Both the position numbers and the translations under genes were made by a program. From Carcharhinus longimanus (taxonomy: Eukaryota): DNA of 64,000 nucleotides. Position 1 is the first letter of the stretch; the number at the start of each line of letters is the position of its first letter. The stretch spans positions 20,220,015-20,284,014 of the forward strand of contig JASCQW010000190.1 of assembly GCA_030264375.1 (NCBI GenBank), in the 5' to 3' direction. The notes beneath the pieces are model-generated. The model was not told the DNA's origin, ran no database searches, and was given only the letters and a program-made list of their open reading frames with translations. Below, piece by piece: positions 46,713-59,335 of the stretch.

Positions 46713-48329
46713 TTTGGGTTAAATATTCTGAAGAACTCAAGCAAATGCCTCCATCACCTACAACGTACTTAATTTTAGTTAGTGTAGCTCTCCACATGCT
46801 CAGTGACATATGTAGGCAAGAGGTTGAGCTTCTTTACCTTCATCCTCATTCCTCACCTTGGCACATCAATCCTGACATCTGCATCTGGATATTCTTGTAG
46901 CCTCTCCTGGTATAGGATAGCCTGTCACACCTATTTTGCCCTCTAATAATTGGTGCTCCAGTCTTCTACTACACACTTCACCGTACACTCATGTCAGCTG
47001 CAATGGTCTGCAGGTGTTATCTGTAAATCTCTGTTCATGACTTTTGTACTTTCCCTCCATTCCTTACAGAAAGTGTACGTTCTGGGTTGACCTGAAGAGG
47101 ACCCTTGATGATGACTTAAGTGATTGCTTAAGGAAGCAGTTTTCTTTCAATGTTTCTTGCTTCCCAACTGGTTGATCAGTTGCACAGAACTCTAAACATA
47201 TCCTAATGCATTCATGGGCCTAACATATGCAGAAATTTTAATTCCCATTTAACACACTGAGTGTGTAGTGAAAGTAACTTAACCCTCCTTGTTGCTTGGG
47301 TCCATTGCAGCTTTTCCAAAGCTCTGGATACAGGTTGAGAGAATTGGCAGATACTGTTTGCCTGGTGTGAGGGATGATTGATTGAAGAGGTATCGCACTT
47401 TAAGAATGTATTTTGAGCATACGCAATTGATCGGGGGAATCTGGTGGACCGATCTTTAAAATGAATGCTCTGTGCTTCAGCTGTTCTTGTCATTAGGGGC
47501 CTGTAAAGGCAAAGCGTTTGGGAACTCATGATGTACTTAGATGTATTAATTCAGCAAGTTATGTGCTAAATCCACCATGGTGGTTCCTTTTCTGCATGGA
47601 TGTGTTTGATGTCCCATGGAGATCAACACATCCCACCGATTGTTTTCTAGGAATTAGGGAGACCCCCCTCGCTGCTTCCTTTTCAAGTTTTTCCAGAATA
47701 GAGAGAGCTGCAGAAGTGGGATAGCCATTGCCGAACACTGGCATCGGAAAAGACTTGACGTTTGCAAAAGATCATGGGGTGTCCGCAGTATCCTCTTGCT
47801 CCGTGAATTTGTCACAGTCTTTAATTTGAAAGTTAAACCAGGGATCAGTGGCTTAGAGCCATTGCCTTTCAGTGCTGTGACCTCAGTTCACTTCTCAGAA
47901 GAAATTAGTTGATGAAGGTCATTGGCTGGCTCAGGCTGATTAGGAACACATGTTTGGCAGTCCACAATCTCAGCAGAAATTCATTGTTCACATTTTAAGA
48001 AGAAAAGAATTCCCTTAAAATGAATGCAGAAATTTTAAAAAGGCTCTTTTGGTTATTTCATGATCCTTTGCAAATGTCAAGTCAGTTACACAATTGACTC
48101 ACATCCTGGTAATAATAAGCACAAGGAATTGTGGGTTGCTGGTGGGTGGTAGCTCTAACGTAAACAAAGGTTACTAATTCCAAAGCAGAGGCATAATATT
48201 TTTACACATGTGACAAAATGAATATGTGGCTAGTCAAGAAAATTCTATCTCGTGGATGATATGAGACTCCTGTAGTTCAGATTTTCTACCGTGTTACTGG
48301 ATCATATATCCCCGTTCCTCTTTTATCCT

Positions 48330-48688
48330 AATTTTTTATATTCATTGATGGGACATGGGTATCACTGGCTGGCCAGCATTTCACCACTAGTTGCCCTTGT
48401 ACAGAGGGCAGTTAAGAGTGAACAACATTGATGTGGCTGTGGAGTCACATGTAGGCCAGGCCAGGTAAGGAGAGCAGAGTGCCTTCCCTAAAGGACATTA
48501 GTGAACCAGACAGGTTTTTCCGACAATCGGTCTCATGGTCGTCTGTAGATTCTTAAATTCCAGATATGTTTTATCGAATTCAAATTCCACCATCTGCTGT
48601 GGCAGGATTCAAACCCAGGTCCTCAGAACATGGGCGAAGCTTCTGGATTAATAGTCCAGCGATAATACTGCGAGGCCATCGCCTACCC
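48330..48688 (-). mobile_element. MetaSINE-like element
   Basis: Homologous to 7042-7430. Confidence 0.85.
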
Positions 48689-48934
48689 GGTGTACGGTGT
48701 ATGGTATATCAATAGCTACACAGCTCACAGGTTCTAAACATGACCGGATTTCAGATTTTAACATCTGTTTCCAAAACCATGGAACTTTGAAAAATCGGAT
48801 TAAAAATAATACATTAACAATAATAAGCTGAACTTGTGAAGACTGCTCAATGTGATAAAGCAATTTTCTGTATGTATCACAAAACAGAGAACAGGACCAG
48901 CAGTGACAGGAGAATTGTAAAGTAAAAAAGCATG

Positions 48935-49208
48935 GTTTATTTATTTGTCACAAGTAAGGTTTACATTAACACTGCAATGAAGTTACTGTGAAATTCCCCT
49001 CGTTGCCACATTTCGGTGCCTGTTCGGATCAATGCACCTAACCAGCACGTCTTTTAGAATGTGGGAGGAAACTGGAGCATCTGGAGGAAACCCACGCAGA
49101 CACAGGGAGAATGTGCTAACTCCACACAGACAGCGACCCAAGCCAGGAATTCAATCTGTGTCCCTGGCGCTGTGAGGTAGCAGTGCTAACTACTGTGCTA
49201 CCATGCCA
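48935..49208 (-). mobile_element. V-SINE (tail type B)
   Basis: Full family structure. Confidence 0.92.
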
Positions 49209-49497
49209 TGAGGTGAGGGGATGAGGATTAGCATTAGGGAGGAGGGTTGGGTGATCAGAAGCACAATTTTGACAAAAGTTATTGAAGCCGAAGGGAAAAA
49301 AATGAGATTTGTAGTGGTTTAGGAAGAGAGGTCTAGAAGGTGGCATCTGAACACCTGAAAGCATTTAATTTACAAAATTTATTTCAAATAAATGTCGTCA
49401 CTAACATTTTTCATCATTTGTTTTGCATCAAAATAAGCAGATAAAACTCACATGCACCTGTTTACCTTGATGAAGCTGTATCTTCTGAATTGGTAAA

Positions 49498-49806
49498 AAG
49501 TAAAGTTAATTTATTAGTCACAAGTAGGCTTACATTAACACTGCAATGAAGTTATCGTGAAAATCCCCTAGTCGCCACACTCTGGCACCTATTCGGGCGC
49601 ACTGAGGGAGAATTTAGCATGGCCAATGCAACTAACCAGCACATCATTCGGACTGTGGGAGGGAACTGGAGCACCCGGAGGAAACTAATGCAGGCATTGG
49701 GAGAGCGTGCAAACTCCACACCGACAATGACCTAAACCGGGAACGGAACCCGGGTCTCTGGTTCTGTGAGGTAACAGTGTTAACCACTGTGCCATCGTGC
49801 TGCCCA
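49498..49806 (-). mobile_element. V-SINE (tail type B)
   Basis: Full family structure. Confidence 0.92.
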
Positions 49807-50579
49807 TGGTACATGAGAATGGACAGATATGTGTGTTTTAGCAGACTGCCAGAAAGAACATCTCAGTCGAGGTTAGAGTCTCACCCAGCCTGATCTCTGC
49901 TCATGACCCAGGAGGATTCAGCAGAAGCAGACCACGTTATATATTTGAGGCTAACTCTAAGGCCTAGGTTGGAGGGCTCGCACAGAGGGATGGGAGAGGC
50001 TCAATGACTACAGCAGACACTGCAGGACTGACTAGCAGCTTGTATGTTATCAGGAAATATTATTTTAAACATTTGTTTTTTTTTAACATTCCATCTTGCT
50101 TTTTCAAAAGTGGCTTAGACAATGCAGTTGATCATTCTGTAATTGATCGCAGAGGCTAAGGCATCCCATTAATTTTTAAAACCCCACTGGCCCTAGTAAC
50201 ATTGCTTGCCAGAATGCACAGGCTTTCTTAATGTCCACTGTTGCTCGGACAAAAATGCTGGGAATTACTTCCAGGTGGGCCGATTGTGAAACACAGGATA
50301 GATTTTCAACTTGCCACCTGGGCATCAACTTTCGGCCTGTTAACAAAACCGCCTAAAACGGAAACAAAAGTCGAGCAGCCCCTAGGAAGAACGGCCAATC
50401 GACAGCGCCGGTTCTTGCTTGTTAAAAATCTCCATCCCTCTCCCACATTCAAAATGGAAAATCTCTGAACTGGCAAGGGGGAGTTCAGAGAGTTCACAGA
50501 GTCAGCTGCTAAAGATATTCCCGGCTCCAATCAACTGGGAGAGTACTGGGGAGCTGGCCTGTCGCCGGCAGAAAATCTA

Positions 50580-50700
50580 TTTTCCGACCGTTCACACCGC
50601 CAGGATTTCCCCATCCCGCCGCAGTGAACGGAGATTTGGTTGGTCGCCAAATTTTCCAACTTGCTGCAGCGGGACCGTGGCGTGAACAGATCACGCCCCA
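50580..50700. mobile_element. Palindromic ~120-bp MITE-like element
   Basis: Nested inverted repeats CCCGCCGCAG/CTGCAGCGGG and GGAGATTTGG/CCAAATTTTCC; related copy at 55358-55495. Confidence 0.65.
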
Positions 50701-51469
50701 CGGCTCTGNNNNNNNNNNNNNNNNNNNNNNNNNNNNNNNNNNNNNNNNNNNNNNNNNNNNNNNNNNNNNNNNNNNNNNNNNNNNNNNNNNNNNNNNNNNN
50801 NNNNNNNNCGGCTCTGCGTATGGGAATTAGGATCTAATCTGGGGCTAATTTATATTGATGTCTGAGTGATCAGCTGTTGGAATTTGCCGCCATTTGTGGG
50901 AATTGTCAGGTCAGTGAGTTTCCAGTCAAAGGTTGTGATTCTCCCTTTACTCTTGGGAAGGTCCTTCACAGGGAGGAAAGACCCCGTTCCCATGCGGCTC
51001 AATGAGAAGTTTCTGTCAAGCTGGTCCACACATAACTCAGAGACGATGTCAGTGAAGCTCAAGCCTGGTAAAAGGCACGCACAGATACGGAGAGTAAAGT
51101 CCAAAGCAAGTTTTGACACTAAAATTGCAAATGGTTGAAGTAATCAAAACCATCAATTTCAGGAAAAATATTTTTTACCTTTACGTGAAAACAATTTACT
51201 TTCACCGATATATTTTCATGGAACTTGTGTTACCGCAGAGAGCAGATTTCACTTAAACAGAGAAGACCAGAAAACAGACATAAAATTGAAAAGTATTTCT
51301 TTAAGTTTTTGAAGTAACTTTAGGGATGAATCAGAATCTATTTTGTACCAAAGTCTAGCAGTACTGCTGCACAGTGATCATTTTGCGAAGTCACAGCTCT
51401 TATTGTGCATTGCTGTACACGATTATTGTTTATTTATTCATGGGAAGACCAGCATGCATTGCCTGTTAT

Positions 51470-52490
51470 GAACTGATTTGATTTTGATTTGATTTGATTT
51501 ATTACTGTCATAAGTATTAACATACAGTGAAAAGTATTGTTTCTTGCGCACTCTGCAGACAAAGCATACCGTTCATAGAGAGAACAAGAGAATACAGAAT
51601 GTAATGTTGCTAGTCATAACTCGGGTGTAGAGGAAAATCTACTTAGTGTGAGGTAAGTCCATTCAAAAGTCTGACAGCAGCAGGGAAGAAACTGTTCTTG
51701 AGTTGGTTGGTATGTGACCTCGGACTTTTGTATCTTTTTCCTCGCAGAAGAAGATGGAAGAGAGAATGTCCGAGGTGCATGGGGTCCTTAATTATGCTGG
51801 CTGCTTTGCCGAGGCAGCGAGGAGTGTAGACAAGAGTTGATGGATGGGAGGCTGGTTTGCGTGATGGATTGGGCTACATTCACAATCTTTTTAAGTTCCT
51901 TGCGGTCTTGGGCAGAGCAGGAGCCCTACCAAGCTGTGATACAACCAGGAAGAATGTTTTCTATGATGCATCTGTAAAAGTTGGTGAGAGTCATTGCTGA
52001 CATACTAAATTTCCTTAGCCTCCTGAGAAAGTAAAGGCGTTGGTGGGCTTTCTTAACTATAGTGTTGGCATGGGTGGGAACCAGGAGAGGTTGTTGGTGA
52101 TCTGGACACCAAAAAACTTGAAGCTTTCAACCCTTTCTACTTCATCCACATTGATGTAGACAGGGGCATGTTCTTCTTTACGCTTCGTGAAGTTGTTTTC
52201 TGAACGCCTCAGACTTAAGACTTCAGCAGGCAGTGGATATCCATGTTCATTCATGGTTTCTGGCTGGGAGACACACAGCTTTGCTTGTTTGGCACACAGT
52301 CTTCTACACACTTACTAATGAAGTCATTTACTGCAGTGACCTACTTTTTCAGGCTGGTCGCAGAGTTTTTAAATACTGACCAGTCTACTAACTCTAAGCT
52401 GTCCCATAGGAGATCATCCGATTCCTCAGACCAAAACTGCATGACTTTCTTTGAGGGATTCTCCTGTTTCAGTTTTTGCTTGGCAATTAG
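51470..52490 (-). mobile_element. Rex1/Babar LINE, internally deleted
   Basis: HAPVYINVDEVERVESFKFFGVQITNNLSW; upstream QFWSEESDDLLWDSLELVDWSVFKNSATSL; (GATTT)n tail. Confidence 0.9.
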
Positions 52491-52742
52491 GGGATTTTCA
52501 TAGTAATTTAATTGCAGTGTTAATGTAAACCTACTTGTGATATTAAGGCGAAGAAGCACTACCTTCCCCTGGACAAATGTGCTGCCCTGGGAACGATCTG
52601 ACAAAATGATTTAAATATAACAGTAAAACTGGCAGAACCATCCAAAGTTATGTTTTGGGTGCCTTACAGTAAAGTGCAAGAGTATAGGTCACCGCACTCT
52701 GGGTTACTGAACCAACCTGTCAGAGTTTATTGAGATAGGTAT

Positions 52743-54500
52743 TGTTTCATCACAGGCTAAGGTAGGAGAGGGAAAATCTCCCAATGCCTCCGATGATGTC
52801 ACCAGATGCATTGGTTTACAATACACCACATCCCTCCAATTGTACAACTGACATTAACTCTAACTCTTACTCGTTATGAACAATAACTATTTTACCAAGT
52901 ATCATTACATACAGTTTTATATAAATATACAATCAGTACAAGAATCTTTTAGGTTTTGGCAGAAACCATCATTCGGAAGTCTTTGCTTTCATGCCCCTTG
53001 GTAGTCAGTTCACCACTTGGTTCAGGTACATCAGCTGATAAAATTGGTTCCTCTTCAGCTTCTACAGATGCTGTTGGTCCAACTTGTGTAGAATCTGAAT
53101 TCAGCTCAATTCTGATCATAGCTTCAGGGATTTCCAAACACTGAGTGTCAAATGTTGGACTCTCAGATACAAACACCAAGAATTCTCTTTCTGAAGAGAG
53201 GATTTGATCTGTGTGTCTCCACCAAGCTTTCTCATCATCAGTTTGCGCCAAATAAGAAATGTGCCCTGTTCTTGCAAGCACAATGACAGGTATCCACTTC
53301 TCACTTGAAGGGTAATTTCTCACTAAAACTTTTTCTCCTTGATCAAAACTTTGTTGTTTTGATGTTTGCTCACGGTGACTAACTTGGGTTTGTTGTTGTT
53401 GCTGTGATATGGTAGTAGCACAGTGACAACAATGGTGGTGAGAATAGGTCAAGTTTAATTCTCAGTTTTCTTCTCAGGAACAGCATTGCCAGTGAATTTT
53501 GTGTGGTAGCAAGCTTCATGTTCCAATAGGACATAGGAAAGTTGGCTATATTCCTGGTAACAAACATTCATCTTTGGACACTTTAATGGCATCTTTCAAT
53601 GACTATACTAGCCTTTCTGCCAATCCATTAATAGATGGATGATATGTGGCAGTCTTTAAATGCTGTATGCCATTGTTCTTAAGGTAATTCACAAATTCCT
53701 GGGATGTGAATTGCGTCCTGTTATCACCAATCAGTCATTCAGGCTGTCCAAACTTGCGAACAAGTTGTCCATCTCCTTCACCGTTGTAGATTTCATCACT
53801 TTGACTTCGAGCCACTTCAAACACGCACCCACTTGGACAAGAAACATGTAGCCTTTCATTGGCCCTGCAAAGTCCATGTGAATTTTCTGCTGGTGTTGTC
53901 TTGGCCAGTCATGAACTACTGGGTGAACTGCTCCCCAGTTAAACTTGATTTTGTTTCACCACGCTCTTCCAGAGGGGGCAGTAAAATTTCCCTTTCCTAT
54001 GTGCAGTGGCAGTTCAGCTGATTGAACATTAGCTTCAACTTCAACCACTAAATATCCTTTCAGTGGGACAATCTCCTCAGAATGTGTTTGCATGGTTACG
54101 TTTGATGGTTTAAATGGGAGATGTTTAAGCTTCTGATTGCATATGCTTTCTGAGTAAAGTGATACAGCACTTCCCTATCCATTTCCATCTGTACTTCGTT
54201 TGTCTAACTTTAGGCAAAGCCAGAAACATTGCATATCCCGATTTATGAATGGGACACCCAGTTTAAGTTCTTGGGTCTTCACCAGTCTGCTATCACCTCA
54301 GAAAATTTTGTCCTTGTCAAATATTTCGGAGATCGTTTTTGTATTCTTGCATTTGTATTTCTTTGAGGTTTGAGAAGTCTGTCAAGTCCAACATGCCTTC
54401 AGGCTATTTGCTCATTTTCTACAGAATTTTGAGCCCACCAATATCTTAAAGTGGAGTGGATTTCAATTTGATCTGAACTTGCATCAATCCCCCTTGATTA
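52743..54500 (-). mobile_element. Ty3/Gypsy remnant: protease region joined to integrase, RT/RNase H apparently deleted
   Basis: Minus strand IHMDFAGPMKGYMFLV, NNGIQHLKTATYHPSINGLAERLV, FDQGEKVLVRNY...W...RTGHISY...RHTDQI; PPT-like GGAGGGA then TGTGG near 52830. Confidence 0.85.
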
Positions 54501-54544
54501 TTGAATCCGTACATTACTTCAGAGATCTTTCTTCAATCTCTTAC

Positions 54545-54767
54545 TGTTATGACGGCCACAATAAATTATCAATAGATCTCCCCATGACCCTTATAGAGTA
54601 CGATTTCTCCTATTGAGTGAAGACGTACTCAATAGGAAATGAGAAGCCGGAGTTTAAAACCAGCTGTCTTTGCCAGGCATGACTTGTGTACTGTAGCCAC
54701 AGAGGCAGTGCTATGTTCAGTGTAAAAATAAAGGTGATGGAAGACTGGCCACGGTGAGATTCTAACA
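54545..54767 (+). mobile_element. Probable solo LTR (~220 bp)
   Basis: TGTTA...TAACA termini, internal TTTAAAA and AATAAA; no clear TSD. Confidence 0.55.
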
Positions 54768-54939
54768 CACTCCTTAATCTCAGCTCCCACAACACAACCC
54801 TCGAGTGACTGGTCTGCAAATGGACAACATATTTCACAATGCACTTACTCAGCAAGAGTTATGTTGCTCAGTTCTAGTGAGGTCAACTCAGTGATAGCGA
54901 TGTTAACAGAGGAATGGAATTACCAGCGACTGTCATCAG

Positions 54940-55166
54940 AGCGAGGGAGTGAAGAATGAGATAAGGAGAAAATGGAGAGTGTGATCAGAGTGAACGTAGA
55001 GTGAAATAAGGAGAAAATGGAGAGTCTGTGATCAGAATGAGATCAAGAGAAAATAGAGGGTGGGATCAGAGTGAGTGAAGAGTGAAATCAGGAGAAAATG
55101 GAGGGACTGTGATCAGTGAGTGAAGAGTGAGTTAAGGAGACAATGGAGGGACTGTGATCAGAGTGA
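54940..55166. repeat. Purine-rich minisatellite, ~28-45-bp units (GGAGAAAATGGAGGGACTGTGATCAGAGTGA)
   Basis: Direct tandem repeats running into a gap. Confidence 0.9.
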
Positions 55167-55357
55167 NNNNNNNNNNNNNNNNNNNNNNNNNNNNNNNNNN
55201 NNNNNNNNNNNNNNNNNNNNNNNNNNNNNNNNNNNNNNNNNNNNNNNNNNNNNNNNNNNNNNNNNNGTTAGACATTAACACATCCCATCTGTTAACCCTT
55301 TGTACTACACTGCCCCCAAGTATACCATTGTACTTTTTAACAATAGTCATAAATTTT

Positions 55358-55495
55358 GGCTGGAATTTTCCGATCGCTCATGCCAGCAGCTTTTTCTAAT
55401 CCCGCCCCAGTGAATGGAGATTTAGCTGTCTGCTAAATTCTCTGACTTTTGCTGCAGTGGGAGTGTGGCATGAATGGCAGGTGAGAACACATCCA
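55358..55495. mobile_element. Palindromic MITE-like element (related to 50580-50700)
   Basis: GGAGATTTAGC/GCTAAATTCTC inverted core; shared CCCGCC.CAGTGAA.GGAGATTT. Confidence 0.6.
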
Positions 55496-56899
55496 AAGTC
55501 TTTAACTATTAACGTTAGATTTCTGTAAATCCTTGTTTACAACTACGGATTCCACTTATGTCCAACCCTACTCTTACCCTCCCCAATTCACAGTTCTAGG
55601 GATTTAATCTTATATGGTATTCTCAGCCCTTAGAGAAGACAGCTTGGTGACATAAGTGTTTTATTCTGCATCTAGTTGGACATCATTTCCTGCAGAATAG
55701 AAAAACACTTCAGAATCATTGCTGTCATCGGAAAGCAGAGTGAAGGTTGCAGAATGACTGAACTGGAAGGATAATGAAAACTATGCAAAGATCCAAAAGA
55801 GAAGACTGAGGATAACAAAATTTTGGACCCTCTGAGACCTCAAGCGACTGCGGAACTCGTTGCTCCCTCAAAGAACTCTGGGCAGACTACCACAACTGCT
55901 GCATCGAAGACTGAAAGGGCACCAAAGATTGAAATTTCGATGAATTTAGATGATGAAGGGAAAAAAACAATAAAATTCCAGTAACCTTTTCAGGAAAAGA
56001 AGAGGTGATTTCCCACTTATATTTTGGAAGGCAGTGGTAAGAGAGGCAAACTTTTCTCTGTGTACACATGCTCCACTCTGAGCAATAGGAGGAATTGCAG
56101 AGGATATGAAGACAAGAACTCAACCATCATTTGCACTGGAATGAATTTCAATGTCAAAATAAAGACAAATGTCCTATAGACAACGAATCCAGAGACAAGT
56201 TTGCTGTACAAGATTGCAAAGCTTTAGAAGTGCTAAACATTCTGTTACAGCTTCTACATTGATCTCCAGTTCTGAAGAGAAGAAGGTCCTCAGTTGGGAT
56301 TTCTGATGTATGAATGTCAATCGATATTCACTCTTGGTCTGTTCCAGTTCTTTAGCAATGTGATCCTCTACGGACTCTAACATGGACTCAGGCAAAACAT
56401 TCTTCATGGACAACGAGAGATAAAAAGGGCAATACATCGGTAAATTGAGCAGAAGTAATCAGCATTTGAAGCACAGCAGGTTCTTTTAAAGTAACAACAG
56501 CAACTTCAAAAGGTGCATCCATTGTTTTTTCAGACCTCAACTTCCAATAAATCATTCAGTGTTGCAAAAGATTCTTCTTTATCACTCTCCAGGAAGATTC
56601 CATTCAGGTCCATGCAATCTTCATTGGGATGGTCATCGTCTATTGCATTGTCTTCTCTACCATCCACCTTGGCCATTACTTCATGAGGAAATGAGAGCAT
56701 TTATAACTTACTTGTCTACCCTTGGTCGAGTAGAAGCTGTTCTGTGAAAGAAAGGAACTTACTGTTGAAGGTATAAACTCGCTCAGCTTCTGAAGGCTGC
56801 ATTTCCACTGTTTCTATATAAAAGGATGAAGAATCTTGCATGAAAGATGGTCTTTCGAATGGTGAGCATCTACTGCTTTGTCTAGGATTCATAGATGCA

Positions 56900-57600
56900 T
56901 GCCAACATCGCCAGTCAATGGGCAAGTACATTGATTATTAAGGACATGGAGAGAATCACTATCAGTCAGTCCCTAAAGTGAAGCCAAACATTAACGCTGT
57001 CTTTGATTGGTAAGTCCACTCTACCTGAACCTTGTATCTTGATGTCTGATGGATAAAGGGTCGTCAACAGAGGTCAGGAAAGGTCATCTCCAAATATGTT
57101 AACAGTCGCTCCAGTGTCCATCTTAAAAATAGTGTTAAAGCCTTGAACTTGGGCTATGACTGACCAATAGTCTGGATTCAGACTATTTACTTCCCCTCTG
57201 GAGTGTTGTTGTTTTCTAGGCTTTCCATTTTTTGGAAGGAATATGTTTTGCAAATACTTTCCGGTCTTTGACTTGAAAATGACTGGAGTTGCAGAAATTT
57301 TTGAAATGCCCAATGTTGCCGCACCAAAGCTTTCCAAGCCCCTTGCCAGGCAGTCTTGGTGTCTATATTTGTGTTTCAGACCACCAAGCGTTCCTGCTTT
57401 CTGCACAGTAAGGGGGGGCAATTTTCTGAGTGAAGGCTGCTGCACATGGGCCTACCAAACCCACAGAGTTACGTGAAGCCTTGGACTCACCCTGAATTAT
57501 AGCCCAATCCAGTACTCAGAATTGGGGCCATGTTGCACACTCAGCCGCTTGCTTGATAATGGGGTTCCATGGCAGATTGGAAAAGGTATCCAAATCATCA
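56900..57600 (-). mobile_element. Ty3/Gypsy gag-protease remnant
   Basis: YWSVIAQVQGFNTIFKMDTGATVNI: retropepsin D(T/S)G motif; decayed CCHC-like region upstream. Confidence 0.75.
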
Positions 57601-57714
57601 GAGAACACCATCTGCAACTAAAGCTACTGCACAGTGCAAGTAACTAACTTGCAGTTTTGACCCTTTTTCATGGAGGATGACTCTGCTTGGTACTGGAAAA
57701 GATGGTGTTTCCAT

Positions 57715-57825
57715 AGAAATACAGAGAGTAGGAGCAGGAGGTGGGCATTCGGTTCTTCGAGCCTGCTCCACCTCTCACTATGGTCATGGTTGATTATCCA
57801 ACTCAATCACCTTCCCCTTTCGCCC
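57715..57825 (-). mobile_element. CR1 3' tail
   Basis: AGTAGGAGCAGGAGGTGGGCATTCGG...GAGCCTGCTCCACC. Confidence 0.8.
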
Positions 57826-57829
57826 TAAG

Positions 57830-58320
57830 TTGTAATATCTCACTGCTTCTTGAAAATATTCAGTGATTGGTTTTGACTACTGTCTGTGGTTGCAGATATC
57901 ACAGGCTTACAGTCTCCCACCTCTGGCCTCTCTGTTGTCTCTGTTATAGTCAAACTGGTGGGACAAGGGCTGGAAGCACTCATTGGCACGATCATCATTA
58001 TCTCTACTACCAACATTTCTTGAGCTGCTTTCAGAGGTTTCTTCATTCTGTGGTTCCTTCAATAACACCAATGTGTCTTTCACATCAATGTCTCCATGGC
58101 TTCCACCATGTTCTGAGATTGAGTCCCTCTGTCTTGGGGTCTCAGTTTGGAACTTGGTTCTTAGACAGACTGGAGACATACTCTGTTATCTGCTTAACAA
58201 TTGGTTGTTAGCATTATATCTAAGCAGATTACAGAGTAGGCACCTAGCTCCTAGGTATGATTCCAACCTCGGTAACAAGAGTCAAACACACAACTGACGA
58301 GTGTCAATGATACATCATCA
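57830..58320 (-). mobile_element. Probable Gypsy integrase C-terminal/3' remnant
   Basis: Low-complexity tail ending in a decayed R-x-VKP-like segment; heavily degenerate. Confidence 0.4.
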
Positions 58321-58354
58321 TCTGTCTCATGCATTAGCACATCTTTAAATCTTT

Positions 58355-58836
58355 ATACGATATTGTTCATCTCTAATTGCTCTTGAGAAGATGATGGTGA
58401 GCCGCTTCTTGAACCACAGCAGTTCTTTGTAGTCTAGGAGCATTATTGGGAAATGCGTTCCAGGATTTTGACCCAGTGGAGCCAATCGCTATCTTTTTGA
58501 GCGCAAGGCTACTCGTGCCAGATACCCAGTGCTGTTAAGCGTGAAAGGTGAGAAAACGGGCACAAACCTGATTTCTCAACTCTCTTGTGATCTTACCAAC
58601 TCGCCCCGCCCATCAGTCAGAGGGATGATATGGTAAGATCTCCTCCAGTGACTGCAAAGGAATAGTGATATAATTCCAAGTCATGAAAGTTGTGTAAGGG
58701 TGGGGGGGTGGGGGGGGGTGGGGTGTGGGTGTGGGTGTGGGTGTGGGTGATGGGTGGAGGGGGAGTGGATGCTTCTGTGGCTCTTGTCTTTCTTGGTGAT
58801 GGAGGTTAGGGATTTGGAACACTCTGTTGAATAATG
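58355..58836 (-). mobile_element. LINE 3' fragment (same family as 35180-35860) with nested GC-rich insert and (GGTGTG)n
   Basis: TTCCAGGATTTTGACCCAGT is the reverse complement of ACTAGGTCAAAATCCAGGAA-like sequence at 35712. Confidence 0.7.
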
Positions 58837-59335
58837 NNNNNNNNNNNNNNNNNNNNNNNNNNNNNNNNNNNNNNNNNNNNNNNNNNNNNNNNNNNNNNNN
58901 NNNNNNNNNNNNNNNNNNNNNNNNNNNNNNNNNNNNTGAATAATGCTCGGCAAGTCACTCAATTATATCTGAATAAATTATATCTATTTCCTTACATCAG
59001 AATTGGCCTTTAATAAATTCCTTGCCTCTGCCTTCAAGCCCCAGTTATGACACACAGATCAGTTTTGCAATGGAATTAATTGCTAAATGGAAAATTCCTT
59101 TCACATTTCCCATCTCTGGTCCAGAGTTGGATGTTTCTGGGTAATCTGTAAAGCAGCAACAGTTTTAAACTGTCTTTATATTTGTTTAAACTGCTTTTAC
59201 CCCATGTTGTTGACTTACTCTTTTAAACTGACCAAAAAAAAACTAGCTCAAACATAACACATTAATGATCACATTAGGTGTTAATAACATCAAGGGTACA
59301 GAAAGTACCTGTTATTTCACTCCCTTTGCCTCCAG

